64,000 bases of DNA from a virus. Lineage: Duplodnaviria > Caudoviricetes. Positions 25,366 to 33,751 of the stretch are shown in pieces. The number at the start of each line of letters is the position of its first letter. The stretch's first letter is position 1. Position numbers and translations under genes: made by a program. Where the stretch lies: IMG/VR virus record IMGVR_UViG_3300044675_007236, one strand, 5' to 3'. The notes beneath the pieces were generated by a model. The model did not search any database. It had not been told where the DNA came from and saw nothing but the letters and a program-made list of their open reading frames with translations.

Positions 25366-26301
25366 TTAATATTGTTGCACCGGAGAACTTAAGTGCCGCA
25401 GAGTTTGTGCAATACCTACACCGGTACCCACGCCAGCCCCTGTCAAAAGGCGTTCTCGCCATCGTCGCTTGCGAGCTTCTGGGTCGTTGTCACCTGAAAA
25501 CAATTCCTGGATTGGGTGGGCTAAGGCCCCTACTCCGGTTCCCGTTAAAGCACCAGCACCCAGCAACGCAGCTGGAATACCGGCGTAATGCGTCAACTTA
25601 TCGGACAAGGTAGGATCGGCTGCTTGTTTAATTCTGCTTTTAGCCGCAGCCGTAGCAAACGCTTTTATACTAGCCTCTTTCTCGTCTTCATCTTTGCGTC
25701 GGCGGCTGCCCAAATAAGCACCAACAGCTCCGCTTGTTAAACCAAGGCCAGCACCTAGCCCCATTGGACTGGTTGCAAACTGCCCTAGCTGCGATAGTAA
25801 ACTTGGTTTAGCAGGCGGAAAACGGCCTAAACCGTCTAAACCCGGTCCGCCCTTAAATGGTTGGGTTTGCTGTGGTTCAGATTTCGCTGTGTCGACTGCT
25901 GCAGGCGTTGTTTTTTCTACGCTTGGTTTAGCTGCCGAAGGTAACTCGGCTAGTCTAGCCGTCTTTACTCTGGCCGCAGCTTTGGCCAAATCTCCCAATA
26001 GATAAAAAAAAGGCGTATCGACTTTTTGAGTCGACATCGCCTGTTTGCCCCGCATGTCAGCCAGAGTAGTCTGGCGACGTGCAGGGCGTGGAATGTTAGC
26101 CGACGGAGCAGCTTCTGGTCTCACTGAAGTTGGCGGAGTAACTGGGATGTTTCCAGTCTGACCAGGCGTATTTGCCTTCTTTTCGGGTAGTTTCTTACCT
26201 TTTGAGGTTTGATTCCACTCGTTGACATCTACCCCTTTAGATTCTAGCTTTTTGTGATTTACGTTGAAAAATTTACGCTGTGCTTCCGACTTGTATGGCA
26301 T
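25366..26301 (-). CDS. Glycine-zipper, Pro-rich multi-module protein
   Basis: Starts MPYKSEAQRKFF; three glycine zippers; KKAN, KEAS, KQAA motifs. Confidence 0.7.
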   Translation of the reverse strand: MPYKSEAQRKFFNVNHKKLESKGVDVNEWNQTSKGKKLPEKKANTPGQTGNIPVTPPTSVRPEAAPSANIPRPARRQTTLADMRGKQAMSTQKVDTPFFYLLGDLAKAAARVKTARLAELPSAAKPSVEKTTPAAVDTAKSEPQQTQPFKGGPGLDGLGRFPPAKPSLLSQLGQFATSPMGLGAGLGLTSGAVGAYLGSRRRKDEDEKEASIKAFATAAAKSRIKQAADPTLSDKLTHYAGIPAALLGAGALTGTGVGALAHPIQELFSGDNDPEARKRRWRERLLTGAGVGTGVGIAQTLRHLSSPVQQY

Positions 26302-26368
26302 AATAAGAGCCCTCCATGCCTCATATTATGCTAAATTAGCTTAGATAACACAACGAGAGAAAGTCGAG

Positions 26369-27352
26369 CTAGCTTTTAGATACTGCTATGCGGCAATATC
26401 GCCAGCCGAAAAACTGAGCCGTCGAGGTTGGTCTTTGTTCAACGAACCGGTAATCGTTACCTTTATCTAGAATAGTAATCAATCTGGACCCGCTTCCTGA
26501 CCAGGGTTCAACATTGTGGTCGCTAAACTCAGCTTCAATTGGGCCGTTCAAAAGATCTTCAGCGGTAGGTTCACGATACGCTGGCTCTGGTTTAGCGGCG
26601 TTATGGCAACCAGTTTCCTTGCGAAATTCGTCAAACATTCGCACATTGACAGAAAACCAGGTTTGCATAAGGTCGGCAGCTCTTTCGTCGGCCTCTTTAC
26701 GCGGAGCTCCTGCATCTTGTGCCATTGTGCTAAGGTTGCAGAAGATCGACCAAGCGAAATTAGAATCAGCCCGAATCGTATTGTAGTAGTTGTGAACGAC
26801 GCTGAATGCCGACTCGCTAAGATCTAAAGATGGGCTCCCCTCTGTTGGTTCAGGTGCAACAGCTTGTTGCTGTTCCTGTAAAAGCTTGTCAAGAGCAACT
26901 AGCGTAACCGGCCAATTATCCATCTCCAGGTCTACCTTTCGATATGAAAGTTTTACAACTTTTCCTTCGCAAATAGCTGCAAGCTTGCAACCGTTAAGCA
27001 AAGTATGTTCGACAACTTTTACCCCTTCGACATAAACAGCTTCGCTGCTAAACGTGTCGTCACACACGACAACTTCATGAATTGCTGGCTGTGTTAAGTA
27101 TGTGTTTTTAAATCTCTCGTTTTTAACAAACAGAGCCGCTTCAGCTGAAGTTGCAGGTCTAAATCTGTTATGGTTGTACTCAGAATCAAATCCTGCCAAA
27201 GTTATATCGCCGTCATTGTCTAAAACACGATAAGCTTTACCTTGTTCTAACGGGCCTACTTCAAGTTCGCAAACTACAATGTCATTAATTTTAGGTTTCC
27301 AGAATATATTTGGACAGTCGGCGTCGTCATGCTTTAAGTCTTTGCGACTCAT
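26369..27352 (-). CDS. Modular hypothetical protein
   Basis: C-terminal YREPTAEDLLNGPIE module shared with 12022 and 33752 ORFs. Confidence 0.65.
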   Translation of the reverse strand: MSRKDLKHDDADCPNIFWKPKINDIVVCELEVGPLEQGKAYRVLDNDGDITLAGFDSEYNHNRFRPATSAEAALFVKNERFKNTYLTQPAIHEVVVCDDTFSSEAVYVEGVKVVEHTLLNGCKLAAICEGKVVKLSYRKVDLEMDNWPVTLVALDKLLQEQQQAVAPEPTEGSPSLDLSESAFSVVHNYYNTIRADSNFAWSIFCNLSTMAQDAGAPRKEADERAADLMQTWFSVNVRMFDEFRKETGCHNAAKPEPAYREPTAEDLLNGPIEAEFSDHNVEPWSGSGSRLITILDKGNDYRFVEQRPTSTAQFFGWRYCRIAVSKS

Positions 27353-27353
27353 A

Positions 27354-27950
27354 TTACTTCATCCTTTTCAAATAATCCGCGATCCGAAACAAAACTATCA
27401 CGCATTCCAAAAATATCCGCACCACGACCGAGGCCAGCAGATACGCCACAGCGTAAGCCGCGACCGTACCAATCATCTGAGGGACCGAACCGCCCGAGCG
27501 AGTCCGCAGCCCCATACCAATTGCCATCAGAGCAACGCCGACAGCACCGACCGTTAGCCACGTACCCCACAAAGCCGAAACCAAAGCAGGTGTCATAGCC
27601 GATCGGAAGCCTAGATCAAAGATCCCGATTGGCTCGTCTTTAGGTACGTTTGGCGGTGTGGCAGTTTGCGGCGGCTCTTTTGGCCACTCCACTGCCGGTA
27701 GAGGTTCGTTCGAGGACACCGAGTAACCTTCCAAATAACCTTCCAAATAACTATCGCCGGATTCCTGGCTGTCCTCATCCGGCCACTTAAGCCCGTTGAT
27801 GTTTCCTGCTATTGAGGTCCTACCGCTCGTCGTACTTTTTACTCTAGTGTCCCTGGTAATCAACCCGTTGTTTACCAACTGCTGTAGATAGTTACCGCCG
27901 ACTAACTGTAACTGCCCAGTCTTATCCGTAAATTCCCAAGCCATATTCAA
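27354..27950 (-). CDS. DUF4282-like membrane protein with GYF_2-like N-terminus
   Basis: IFDLGFRSAMTP...RIFLECVIVLFRIADYL; N-terminal LQQLVNNGLITRDTRV. Confidence 0.6.
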   Translation of the reverse strand: MNMAWEFTDKTGQLQLVGGNYLQQLVNNGLITRDTRVKSTTSGRTSIAGNINGLKWPDEDSQESGDSYLEGYLEGYSVSSNEPLPAVEWPKEPPQTATPPNVPKDEPIGIFDLGFRSAMTPALVSALWGTWLTVGAVGVALMAIGMGLRTRSGGSVPQMIGTVAAYAVAYLLASVVVRIFLECVIVLFRIADYLKRMK

Positions 27951-27985
27951 TTCTTTCTGGCCAATATTAGGCCGGTTTTGGTTCT

Positions 27986-28021
27986 AAAAAAGCTCTACGT
28001 CCGTACGTCGAACAGTAGAGC
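27986..28021 (-). terminator. Intrinsic terminator
   Basis: GCTCTAC/GTAGAGC plus inner stem, followed by TTTTT on minus strand. Confidence 0.75.
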
Positions 28022-28054
28022 ATATAATAAGCCTTAGTATTTGCCGAGTGTTGA

Positions 28055-28495
28055 TTACTGCTCGTCGGCTAAAACCTGCTTGGCCTTTTTGAACGTTGGC
28101 TCTAAGCCGCTTGCATCGGCCCCGAGAAACTTACCGGTTGCATCAAAGTATTTTTGAACACTTACTCCGTACGGCACTTCAGGGTTCTCGGCGACCCATA
28201 GCTTTGCAGTGAGTCCTGGCAATGTCCATCCCGTGTGAATTATCTCACCGGCTTCTAGAGCTTGCCGTGTGACCTCAAGCTTTACTGGCGATGTGTTTAG
28301 GCTGTTACAATGCTCGACTGCCGCGTTAAGCTCAAACCAGTCATGATACCAACGATTGCCGTCTTCGTCTTTTGGGTAATCAACATCGTCGTTTTCTTCA
28401 TCAACAAAACAATCACCTAAATCAGCAGCGTTGCTAAGCAGCGAATTAGCAGCGATTAAAAGCCTCTGGTAGCTTTCATGTAACGGATCAGACAT
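28055..28495 (-). CDS. Hypothetical protein
   Basis: ORF; ATG at 28495 with AAGGA upstream. Confidence 0.6.
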   Translation of the reverse strand: MSDPLHESYQRLLIAANSLLSNAADLGDCFVDEENDDVDYPKDEDGNRWYHDWFELNAAVEHCNSLNTSPVKLEVTRQALEAGEIIHTGWTLPGLTAKLWVAENPEVPYGVSVQKYFDATGKFLGADASGLEPTFKKAKQVLADEQ

Positions 28496-28557
28496 AATGA
28501 AATTTCCTTTAAACAAGTTAAACACTTGAGACTGATGTTACGGTAGCAACCGGAAGG

Positions 28558-28956
28558 TTACTTGCCGATTTCCAAGTTCGGAAAGTTAGGAATCTCTAAC
28601 TTCTCGATAAAATCTTTAACGAACATGTAGCGGTTTTCCTGCAGTTCGCTTAACCTGACTGCAATTTCACCGTCGCCATCAGCGAAATACTGCTTGTAGA
28701 CTCCGTCAACCCAGTACTCAACACTAGCTTCCTGCTCCCATTTAGCGTTCCAATGTAAAGACAAGGCGATACCATTCGTTGTGCAGTATTTAATGATATC
28801 CTGGAAATCGCTTTCAACGCAGTCAACAAACGCTCCCGAGCCATCGGCGTCAAGTTCATTCTCGAGACAAACCTTTAGCAGTTTTTTGCAGCGGTTGAAC
28901 TGAGCTTGAGTAAGTATGCCGCCCAAGTAAACTGTTCCGCAAAATCTATCAGCCAT
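28558..28956 (-). CDS. Hypothetical protein
   Basis: ORF; ATG at 28956 with GGAG upstream. Confidence 0.6.
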   Translation of the reverse strand: MADRFCGTVYLGGILTQAQFNRCKKLLKVCLENELDADGSGAFVDCVESDFQDIIKYCTTNGIALSLHWNAKWEQEASVEYWVDGVYKQYFADGDGEIAVRLSELQENRYMFVKDFIEKLEIPNFPNLEIGK

Positions 28957-29011
28957 CGTAAAATCTCCTTGTGTTTCCAAAAACAAAAACCGTTCCTAGC
29001 CGAGCGTCGCT

Positions 29012-29320
29012 TCACTTGCCTGCACGAATGAGCGCGACTTGAACCAAGATCCCCACGCCGAGAACTAAGCTAGCCACCAAAAGAAAGCAGATAAAATCTA
29101 GCTTCGCCAAAACGAGACCATTTTCAGGTTTGGGCAACGGTGTCGTATTTCCGTGCGTAGTGCCTTCCGTGCTGGCATGACCTTCTGTCGCTTGGCTTTG
29201 AAACTCACGTTGCTTCGCGTCGAATCGCATGGCTTGTTGCAACGTAGAGAAATGTCTACGGTGCTTTTTTTCCAGTTTCCTTAACTCGTCAAAAGAATCC
29301 ATAATTAAAATCCTCTGCAA
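29012..29320 (-). CDS. Hypothetical protein with C-terminal TM helix
   Basis: FICFLLVASLVLGVGILVQVAL. Confidence 0.55.
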   Translation of the reverse strand: MQRILIMDSFDELRKLEKKHRRHFSTLQQAMRFDAKQREFQSQATEGHASTEGTTHGNTTPLPKPENGLVLAKLDFICFLLVASLVLGVGILVQVALIRAGK

Positions 29321-29331
29321 AAGGTTGTCTG

Positions 29332-30030
29332 TTATTTCTCGTTTAACTTAGCCAAGAAATCTTTGATGTCGTCTTTTAATCCGTAGACCCGGATTGCCTT
29401 ATCCTGCGATCTTTTAAGCAAATCAACCGCTTCGTCGAACAAAGCAAGTCGCAAAGCGTCTTGCTTGTCCTGCTCGCTGGCTAGCAAGTCTTGGACGAGG
29501 CTCGCAGCCCTTCTTACGTAGGCTGGCTTCGAGGCTGCCACGGCGGCCTCGAGAGCCTTCTCGATGATCTCTTGCTGTTCCGGCGGGCAAGTATCCACAA
29601 TCTCCCCAATGCCGTGGCGTTGGGGCCGAGGATAAAAGAAAACCGAGTATCCCCGATCCTCCAAAAAATTGATAACATCGCATTGGAGCTCGTCCAGCAG
29701 ATCGTCGAAGTCGACGTCATAACAGGCTTCTTCGCCAGCTCCTGCGATGGTCAAAGCCGACTCGACCAAGCCTTCAATGTAGTTTGATTGTCGCCAATGC
29801 TCATTCTGCGAGTAAAAGACGATATCGGCTGTATCTCTTTGTGCTTCTTCCCACTCACTCTCGGTTATCCAGCGAAACCCCTCGGGCATATTCTCAGGGT
29901 CAATAGTCCAAGGGTCAACTCCGTCAGGGCCGCCGACAGCCACTAGGTTTGCATTTTGCGGGTCCAGGTCGTAGATACGCAAGCCATTAAAAACGCTATC
30001 AGTACGCCTTGCAAGTTTACTTGCTACCAT
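29332..30030 (-). CDS. Hypothetical protein
   Basis: 232-aa ORF in operon. Confidence 0.6.
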   Translation of the reverse strand: MVASKLARRTDSVFNGLRIYDLDPQNANLVAVGGPDGVDPWTIDPENMPEGFRWITESEWEEAQRDTADIVFYSQNEHWRQSNYIEGLVESALTIAGAGEEACYDVDFDDLLDELQCDVINFLEDRGYSVFFYPRPQRHGIGEIVDTCPPEQQEIIEKALEAAVAASKPAYVRRAASLVQDLLASEQDKQDALRLALFDEAVDLLKRSQDKAIRVYGLKDDIKDFLAKLNEK

Positions 30031-30033
30031 TTG

Positions 30034-30261
30034 CTATTCCTTTCCAAGACATTTGTTGCATGTTACCAGCTTGGGATCGTTCGTATAACGAGAGTGATAA
30101 CCTCCGTAGCCACAAACATATCCGACGTCATAGTCGCCGCGAGGAAATGAACCTTCTCGCATTCCGCGATAGTTAGGGTCGTTGCTTCTATCTTTCCTTA
30201 GATGCACTACCGTTTCTCTCTTGCTAAACTGAGATACTTTACCTCTGTGTTTGATTGACAT
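30034..30261 (-). CDS. Hypothetical protein (C-terminal Zn-binding-like VTCNKC)
   Basis: ORF in tightly packed operon. Confidence 0.55.
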   Translation of the reverse strand: MSIKHRGKVSQFSKRETVVHLRKDRSNDPNYRGMREGSFPRGDYDVGYVCGYGGYHSRYTNDPKLVTCNKCLGKE

Positions 30262-30265
30262 GTTC

Positions 30266-30475
30266 TTATTTTCGGCTTCTATGTTGATAGTTTCCTTGCA
30301 CTATGTCGTCGTAAATAAGATCAGGTGTTACAAAATCACCAAGTTCCAGGCAAGTTTCTAACCACTCCGAGAAAAGATACGACTTGTCGTAAAATGTATC
30401 TCTAGCCCAGATCTCAGCTAAACCTAACGCAGCTTTAGCTTTCTTCGCAAACTCATCAAAAGTTTCTTCACACAC
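30266..30475 (-). CDS. Hypothetical protein
   Basis: Tightly packed ORF. Confidence 0.5.
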   Translation of the reverse strand: MCEETFDEFAKKAKAALGLAEIWARDTFYDKSYLFSEWLETCLELGDFVTPDLIYDDIVQGNYQHRSRK

Positions 30476-30476
30476 G

Positions 30477-30791
30477 CTAAACTAATTCCCTGGTAAAAGG
30501 TCTTGGTACCATTGGTTGATACTCAAAAAGATACATCTCTGCGGCGTCTTTGCTTGCGGTGGGTATAGACTTACAATCTATGTCTTGCTTGAAGATAGTT
30601 GCATTAAAGTCGTCACCGCGAGAAACCGCTTCATCGTAAGCGTTTTGAATCAACCACTTATCGACTTTCTTGAACAAGCTAGCTGTAATTTTACTGAACT
30701 TAGGAAACGGTGTAGTATATCTTCCCGAGAGAGTGCGTACAATTTCACCAGAAGCCAGCTTACAACCAACAAAACCTTGTCTAATTGTCAT
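30477..30791 (-). CDS. Hypothetical protein
   Basis: Tightly packed ORF. Confidence 0.55.
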   Translation of the reverse strand: MTIRQGFVGCKLASGEIVRTLSGRYTTPFPKFSKITASLFKKVDKWLIQNAYDEAVSRGDDFNATIFKQDIDCKSIPTASKDAAEMYLFEYQPMVPRPFTRELV

Positions 30792-30993
30792 CGTCGTTCT
30801 CCCAAGTAACTGTTACAGGTTTAATGCTATGATTATTTTTCGCTCTAGCGAAATCATCATATTGCCATTTAGCCGCCAGATCGAAATCATAAAAAGTTGG
30901 AGTTGCTTGTCCAGTTAGCGAAAAAGCCATTGGACCCCATTCTTTTAAAGCTATACACTTGTTATCTACAATCAAACCAAATAAGTTTTTCAT
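30781..30993 (-). CDS. Hypothetical protein
   Basis: ATGA overlap with upstream gene. Confidence 0.55.
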   Translation of the reverse strand: MKNLFGLIVDNKCIALKEWGPMAFSLTGQATPTFYDFDLAAKWQYDDFARAKNNHSIKPVTVTWENDDDN

Positions 30994-31325
30994 TTTTCTC
31001 CTGCTAGCATATCTTTAAAAAGTTTACCCGGCCCGGTAATACCTAGCCAACTACCATAGGTACCGTCACCGTAGAGCTTAGGAGGGCTAACAAACTGCCG
31101 GAGTTCCGCTTCAGAGTAAGTGATTGGACCCGGTTTACGACAACCTTCAATGTACCAAAGAGGCACACTGCGGCAGCCGAATAGCTTTATCATTTCTCGC
31201 CACTCAGAAATAAGCAAAGCCGTGTCTGTAAATCCACGGCTTCTAAGTTTCTTCGACGCTTTGCTCAATGTATCGCCTACATTACGGCAAATGCGTATCT
31301 GCTGTATTTCTTTGCTGTATTTCAT
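30990..31325 (-). CDS. Hypothetical protein
   Basis: Tightly packed ORF. Confidence 0.55.
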   Translation of the reverse strand: MKYSKEIQQIRICRNVGDTLSKASKKLRSRGFTDTALLISEWREMIKLFGCRSVPLWYIEGCRKPGPITYSEAELRQFVSPPKLYGDGTYGSWLGITGPGKLFKDMLAGEK

Positions 31326-31581
31326 CTAATTCCTGCTGTTTAAGATCGAAATGATGTAGGTGCTTCGTCGACGGAAGATCCAACATTGTGTCGTCAAGCT
31401 TTACAACCAAGTCGATGGCCTTTAAAACCTCTATGTTGATCTGGTTAGCAATGCCTTCATCGATCTTTCTCGCGTCGTGTTTAGCACTATCGCCTAGCTC
31501 CAAAGCATCACTTTGGATAGATCGCAATATATCAACAATCTGATTGATTGTTATAACCTTCCAATGTTGTTTTGTAGCCAT
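31282..31581 (-). CDS. Hypothetical protein
   Basis: ORF with AGGAG upstream. Confidence 0.5.
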   Translation of the reverse strand: MATKQHWKVITINQIVDILRSIQSDALELGDSAKHDARKIDEGIANQINIEVLKAIDLVVKLDDTMLDLPSTKHLHHFDLKQQELDEIQQRNTADTHLP

Positions 31582-31622
31582 CTTATCTTCTCCTGATAGA
31601 GTTTGTTGCCATGAACATTTCT

Positions 31623-31964
31623 TTACTGTGTTTCATTTGATTCTGGATCCTCGAAAGGTAGAAGGTGACAACCACAACCGTGCGGGCAGAGCCAAGCCCG
31701 ATAACCGCCGGTTTCGCACGTAGCTTGTTCCTCGGCATACTGCCATATCTGGTCGCCAACATGCTGCCAACCGTTTAGCTCTGCGGCTTCAAAAATATCG
31801 TCAAGTTTGTAACCGCAACCGTTTTCATCCGACCATTCTCTAAAAACGTCTTTAAGCCAAGCTATTTCGTACCCGTCACCAGAGTCTGCCCTATCAACCT
31901 TTCGCTTGAGTTGTCTTTGCAGCGATTTGTAGGCTTCGTTTGAATGCGACCACACCCAAGCCAT
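31623..31964 (-). CDS. Hypothetical protein
   Basis: MAWVWSH...WLCPHGCGCH. Confidence 0.6.
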   Translation of the reverse strand: MAWVWSHSNEAYKSLQRQLKRKVDRADSGDGYEIAWLKDVFREWSDENGCGYKLDDIFEAAELNGWQHVGDQIWQYAEEQATCETGGYRAWLCPHGCGCHLLPFEDPESNETQ

Positions 31965-31965
31965 A

Positions 31966-32487
31966 CTAGTTTTCTCCTAACTTTATTCCTAGTTGCGTAA
32001 CTTTCTTTTCTACCTCAAGCATACCCGACAACAACGCACTATCGTGCCGATCTAAGCAATCTTTAAGCTCGCTAGCGGCTTTTACTCGATCAACTACAAT
32101 TTGGCATGCCGCAGTTTTGACCTCGTCGATATACTCGACTTCTCCAAATTGAGAATCAAGCAAACAAATCAAATCGTCTTGAATTTGCTCACTAAGCTTT
32201 CGCAAAAACCACCTGTAATCATTTTCTTTAACGTCGACTTTAGGGTTATAACCTCTAGGTACTAAGTTGTCGTCGGCAAGATAATCCACTAAATTCCATT
32301 GGTAAACGGAATCCGGCGTCGGGCCTTGTTTTCTCACAGGGTCTTGTAGCAGCAAGTCGAATCTACCGCCGAGCAGCTCCCGGCAATGTACATGTAGAAC
32401 TGCCGCATAACAACCATTGTGTAAAAACACATAAGGAGCAGCAACGGCTTCTGCTTCTCGTCTTCGGCTAACTAAATCACGCAACAC
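31966..32487 (-). CDS. Hypothetical protein
   Basis: Tightly packed ORF. Confidence 0.55.
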   Translation of the reverse strand: MLRDLVSRRREAEAVAAPYVFLHNGCYAAVLHVHCRELLGGRFDLLLQDPVRKQGPTPDSVYQWNLVDYLADDNLVPRGYNPKVDVKENDYRWFLRKLSEQIQDDLICLLDSQFGEVEYIDEVKTAACQIVVDRVKAASELKDCLDRHDSALLSGMLEVEKKVTQLGIKLGEN

Positions 32488-32707
32488 GTGTAACCCCCAT
32501 GTTTAATAGTTCTTCTTCAATTTTTCGGCTCAGGTGTAAATCAACAAACTCAGATCCGCAACTAGAACACGTAGGCATTTCTATGCCCTTTAGGTTTACA
32601 GTATGCAACTTTGAATTTATTTTTACCTCCATACTACAGTCACGAATAACTGGTTGAACTGTTTTAGTGTCGCAATAGCAACACCACCAAGGAAAAGGCT
32701 TGTCCAT
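32477..32707 (-). CDS. YgiT/MqsA-type zinc-finger protein (no HTH)
   Basis: CCYC...MPTCSSCGSEFVD spacing typical of the MqsA N-terminal Zn finger. Confidence 0.55.
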   Translation of the reverse strand: MDKPFPWWCCYCDTKTVQPVIRDCSMEVKINSKLHTVNLKGIEMPTCSSCGSEFVDLHLSRKIEEELLNMGVTRVA

Positions 32708-32711
32708 TTAA

Positions 32712-32945
32712 TTAGCTCCCGTGATTGTCGCGTTCAGGTTTAAATGGCACAAAACCGTTGCAGTTTTCTTTGACCCATTTAAGTCTTTCTTCTTCCGTTG
32801 AAAACCCGGCGGTAAACGCACAGTTACTACCTCTGAAAAACTTAACGACATAGAACATTCCGTTTCTTTCGTGCGTGTAATAACGATTCAACTGAAACAT
32901 CGGTAAATCTTTTACAGTCAATTGCTTTCCACCTTCTTGCAGCAA
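32712..32945 (-). CDS. Hypothetical protein
   Basis: Tightly packed ORF. Confidence 0.5.
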   Translation of the reverse strand: MLQEGGKQLTVKDLPMFQLNRYYTHERNGMFYVVKFFRGSNCAFTAGFSTEEERLKWVKENCNGFVPFKPERDNHGS

Positions 32946-33154
32946 GCAAAAGTACCAGTACGAAACGCACGGCTTTCACCTAGCCGCCTATACCAGCCTT
33001 TGCCTGCGTAAACGTAAACCTGCGGGTTTTCTTTTTTATCTGTAGGCCAAGTGAACCTATCACCCGGCTGCAGCCAGCGAATGAGTGTACCGGAGCCGTA
33101 AAGCTCTTGACCCCATACGCTGGCTGCTATTTCTCTTTGTTCGATTGCGGTCAT
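32918..33154 (-). CDS. Hypothetical protein
   Basis: Starts immediately after upstream stop. Confidence 0.55.
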   Translation of the reverse strand: MTAIEQREIAASVWGQELYGSGTLIRWLQPGDRFTWPTDKKENPQVYVYAGKGWYRRLGESRAFRTGTFACCKKVESN

Positions 33155-33427
33155 TTAACCTTCCAGTTCTACACGATTAGCAAGGTCGGCTCGGCCTATC
33201 GAGATTGCAAATTCACTTGTTTTTCGAATTGCAGTTTCCCTATCTAAAACCTTGCCGTCATAGTGTGTCCAAATTTCAGCAGTATACAATCCGCCATCAG
33301 TTGCAGCATCGATAGCCCAACCATCGAAGTCTCGAATAACTCTTAGTGTTGTCGCTTGCTGCGGTGTAATGTAGTCATACCGGTCGAAAGGCATTTGCAC
33401 GCCTTCAACGATGTCGTCTTCTAACAT
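33155..33427 (-). CDS. Hypothetical protein
   Basis: Tightly packed ORF. Confidence 0.55.
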   Translation of the reverse strand: MLEDDIVEGVQMPFDRYDYITPQQATTLRVIRDFDGWAIDAATDGGLYTAEIWTHYDGKVLDRETAIRKTSEFAISIGRADLANRVELEG

Positions 33428-33491
33428 ATGTTTTCTTCGCTGCTCTTTCTGTCGTTATTCCAATCGTCGATGTGCTGTAGCTTTATACTTG

Positions 33492-33707
33492 CTAGTACCC
33501 TTTAGCGTCTAATTCCGCTTTTAGCTCGTCTTGAATAGCTGAATCTCTTGAAAGAACAAGCTGAAGGTCTATTTCATTGTCCGTCAGTATCGACACGGGC
33601 ATTGATAACAGTTTTCGATAAAGTTCGATCTTCAGCTCGCTTAAATGCTGTGAATCTCTTGTCATAAATTCATAGTTACCGGTTGCCGTTTGATTTACCT
33701 CTGCCAT
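33492..33707 (-). CDS. Hypothetical protein
   Basis: ORF with AGGAG upstream. Confidence 0.55.
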   Translation of the reverse strand: MAEVNQTATGNYEFMTRDSQHLSELKIELYRKLLSMPVSILTDNEIDLQLVLSRDSAIQDELKAELDAKGY

Positions 33708-33751
33708 AGCTTAGGCTCCTTTTCAGTGTTTGTAGCTTCAAAAGAATCTTC

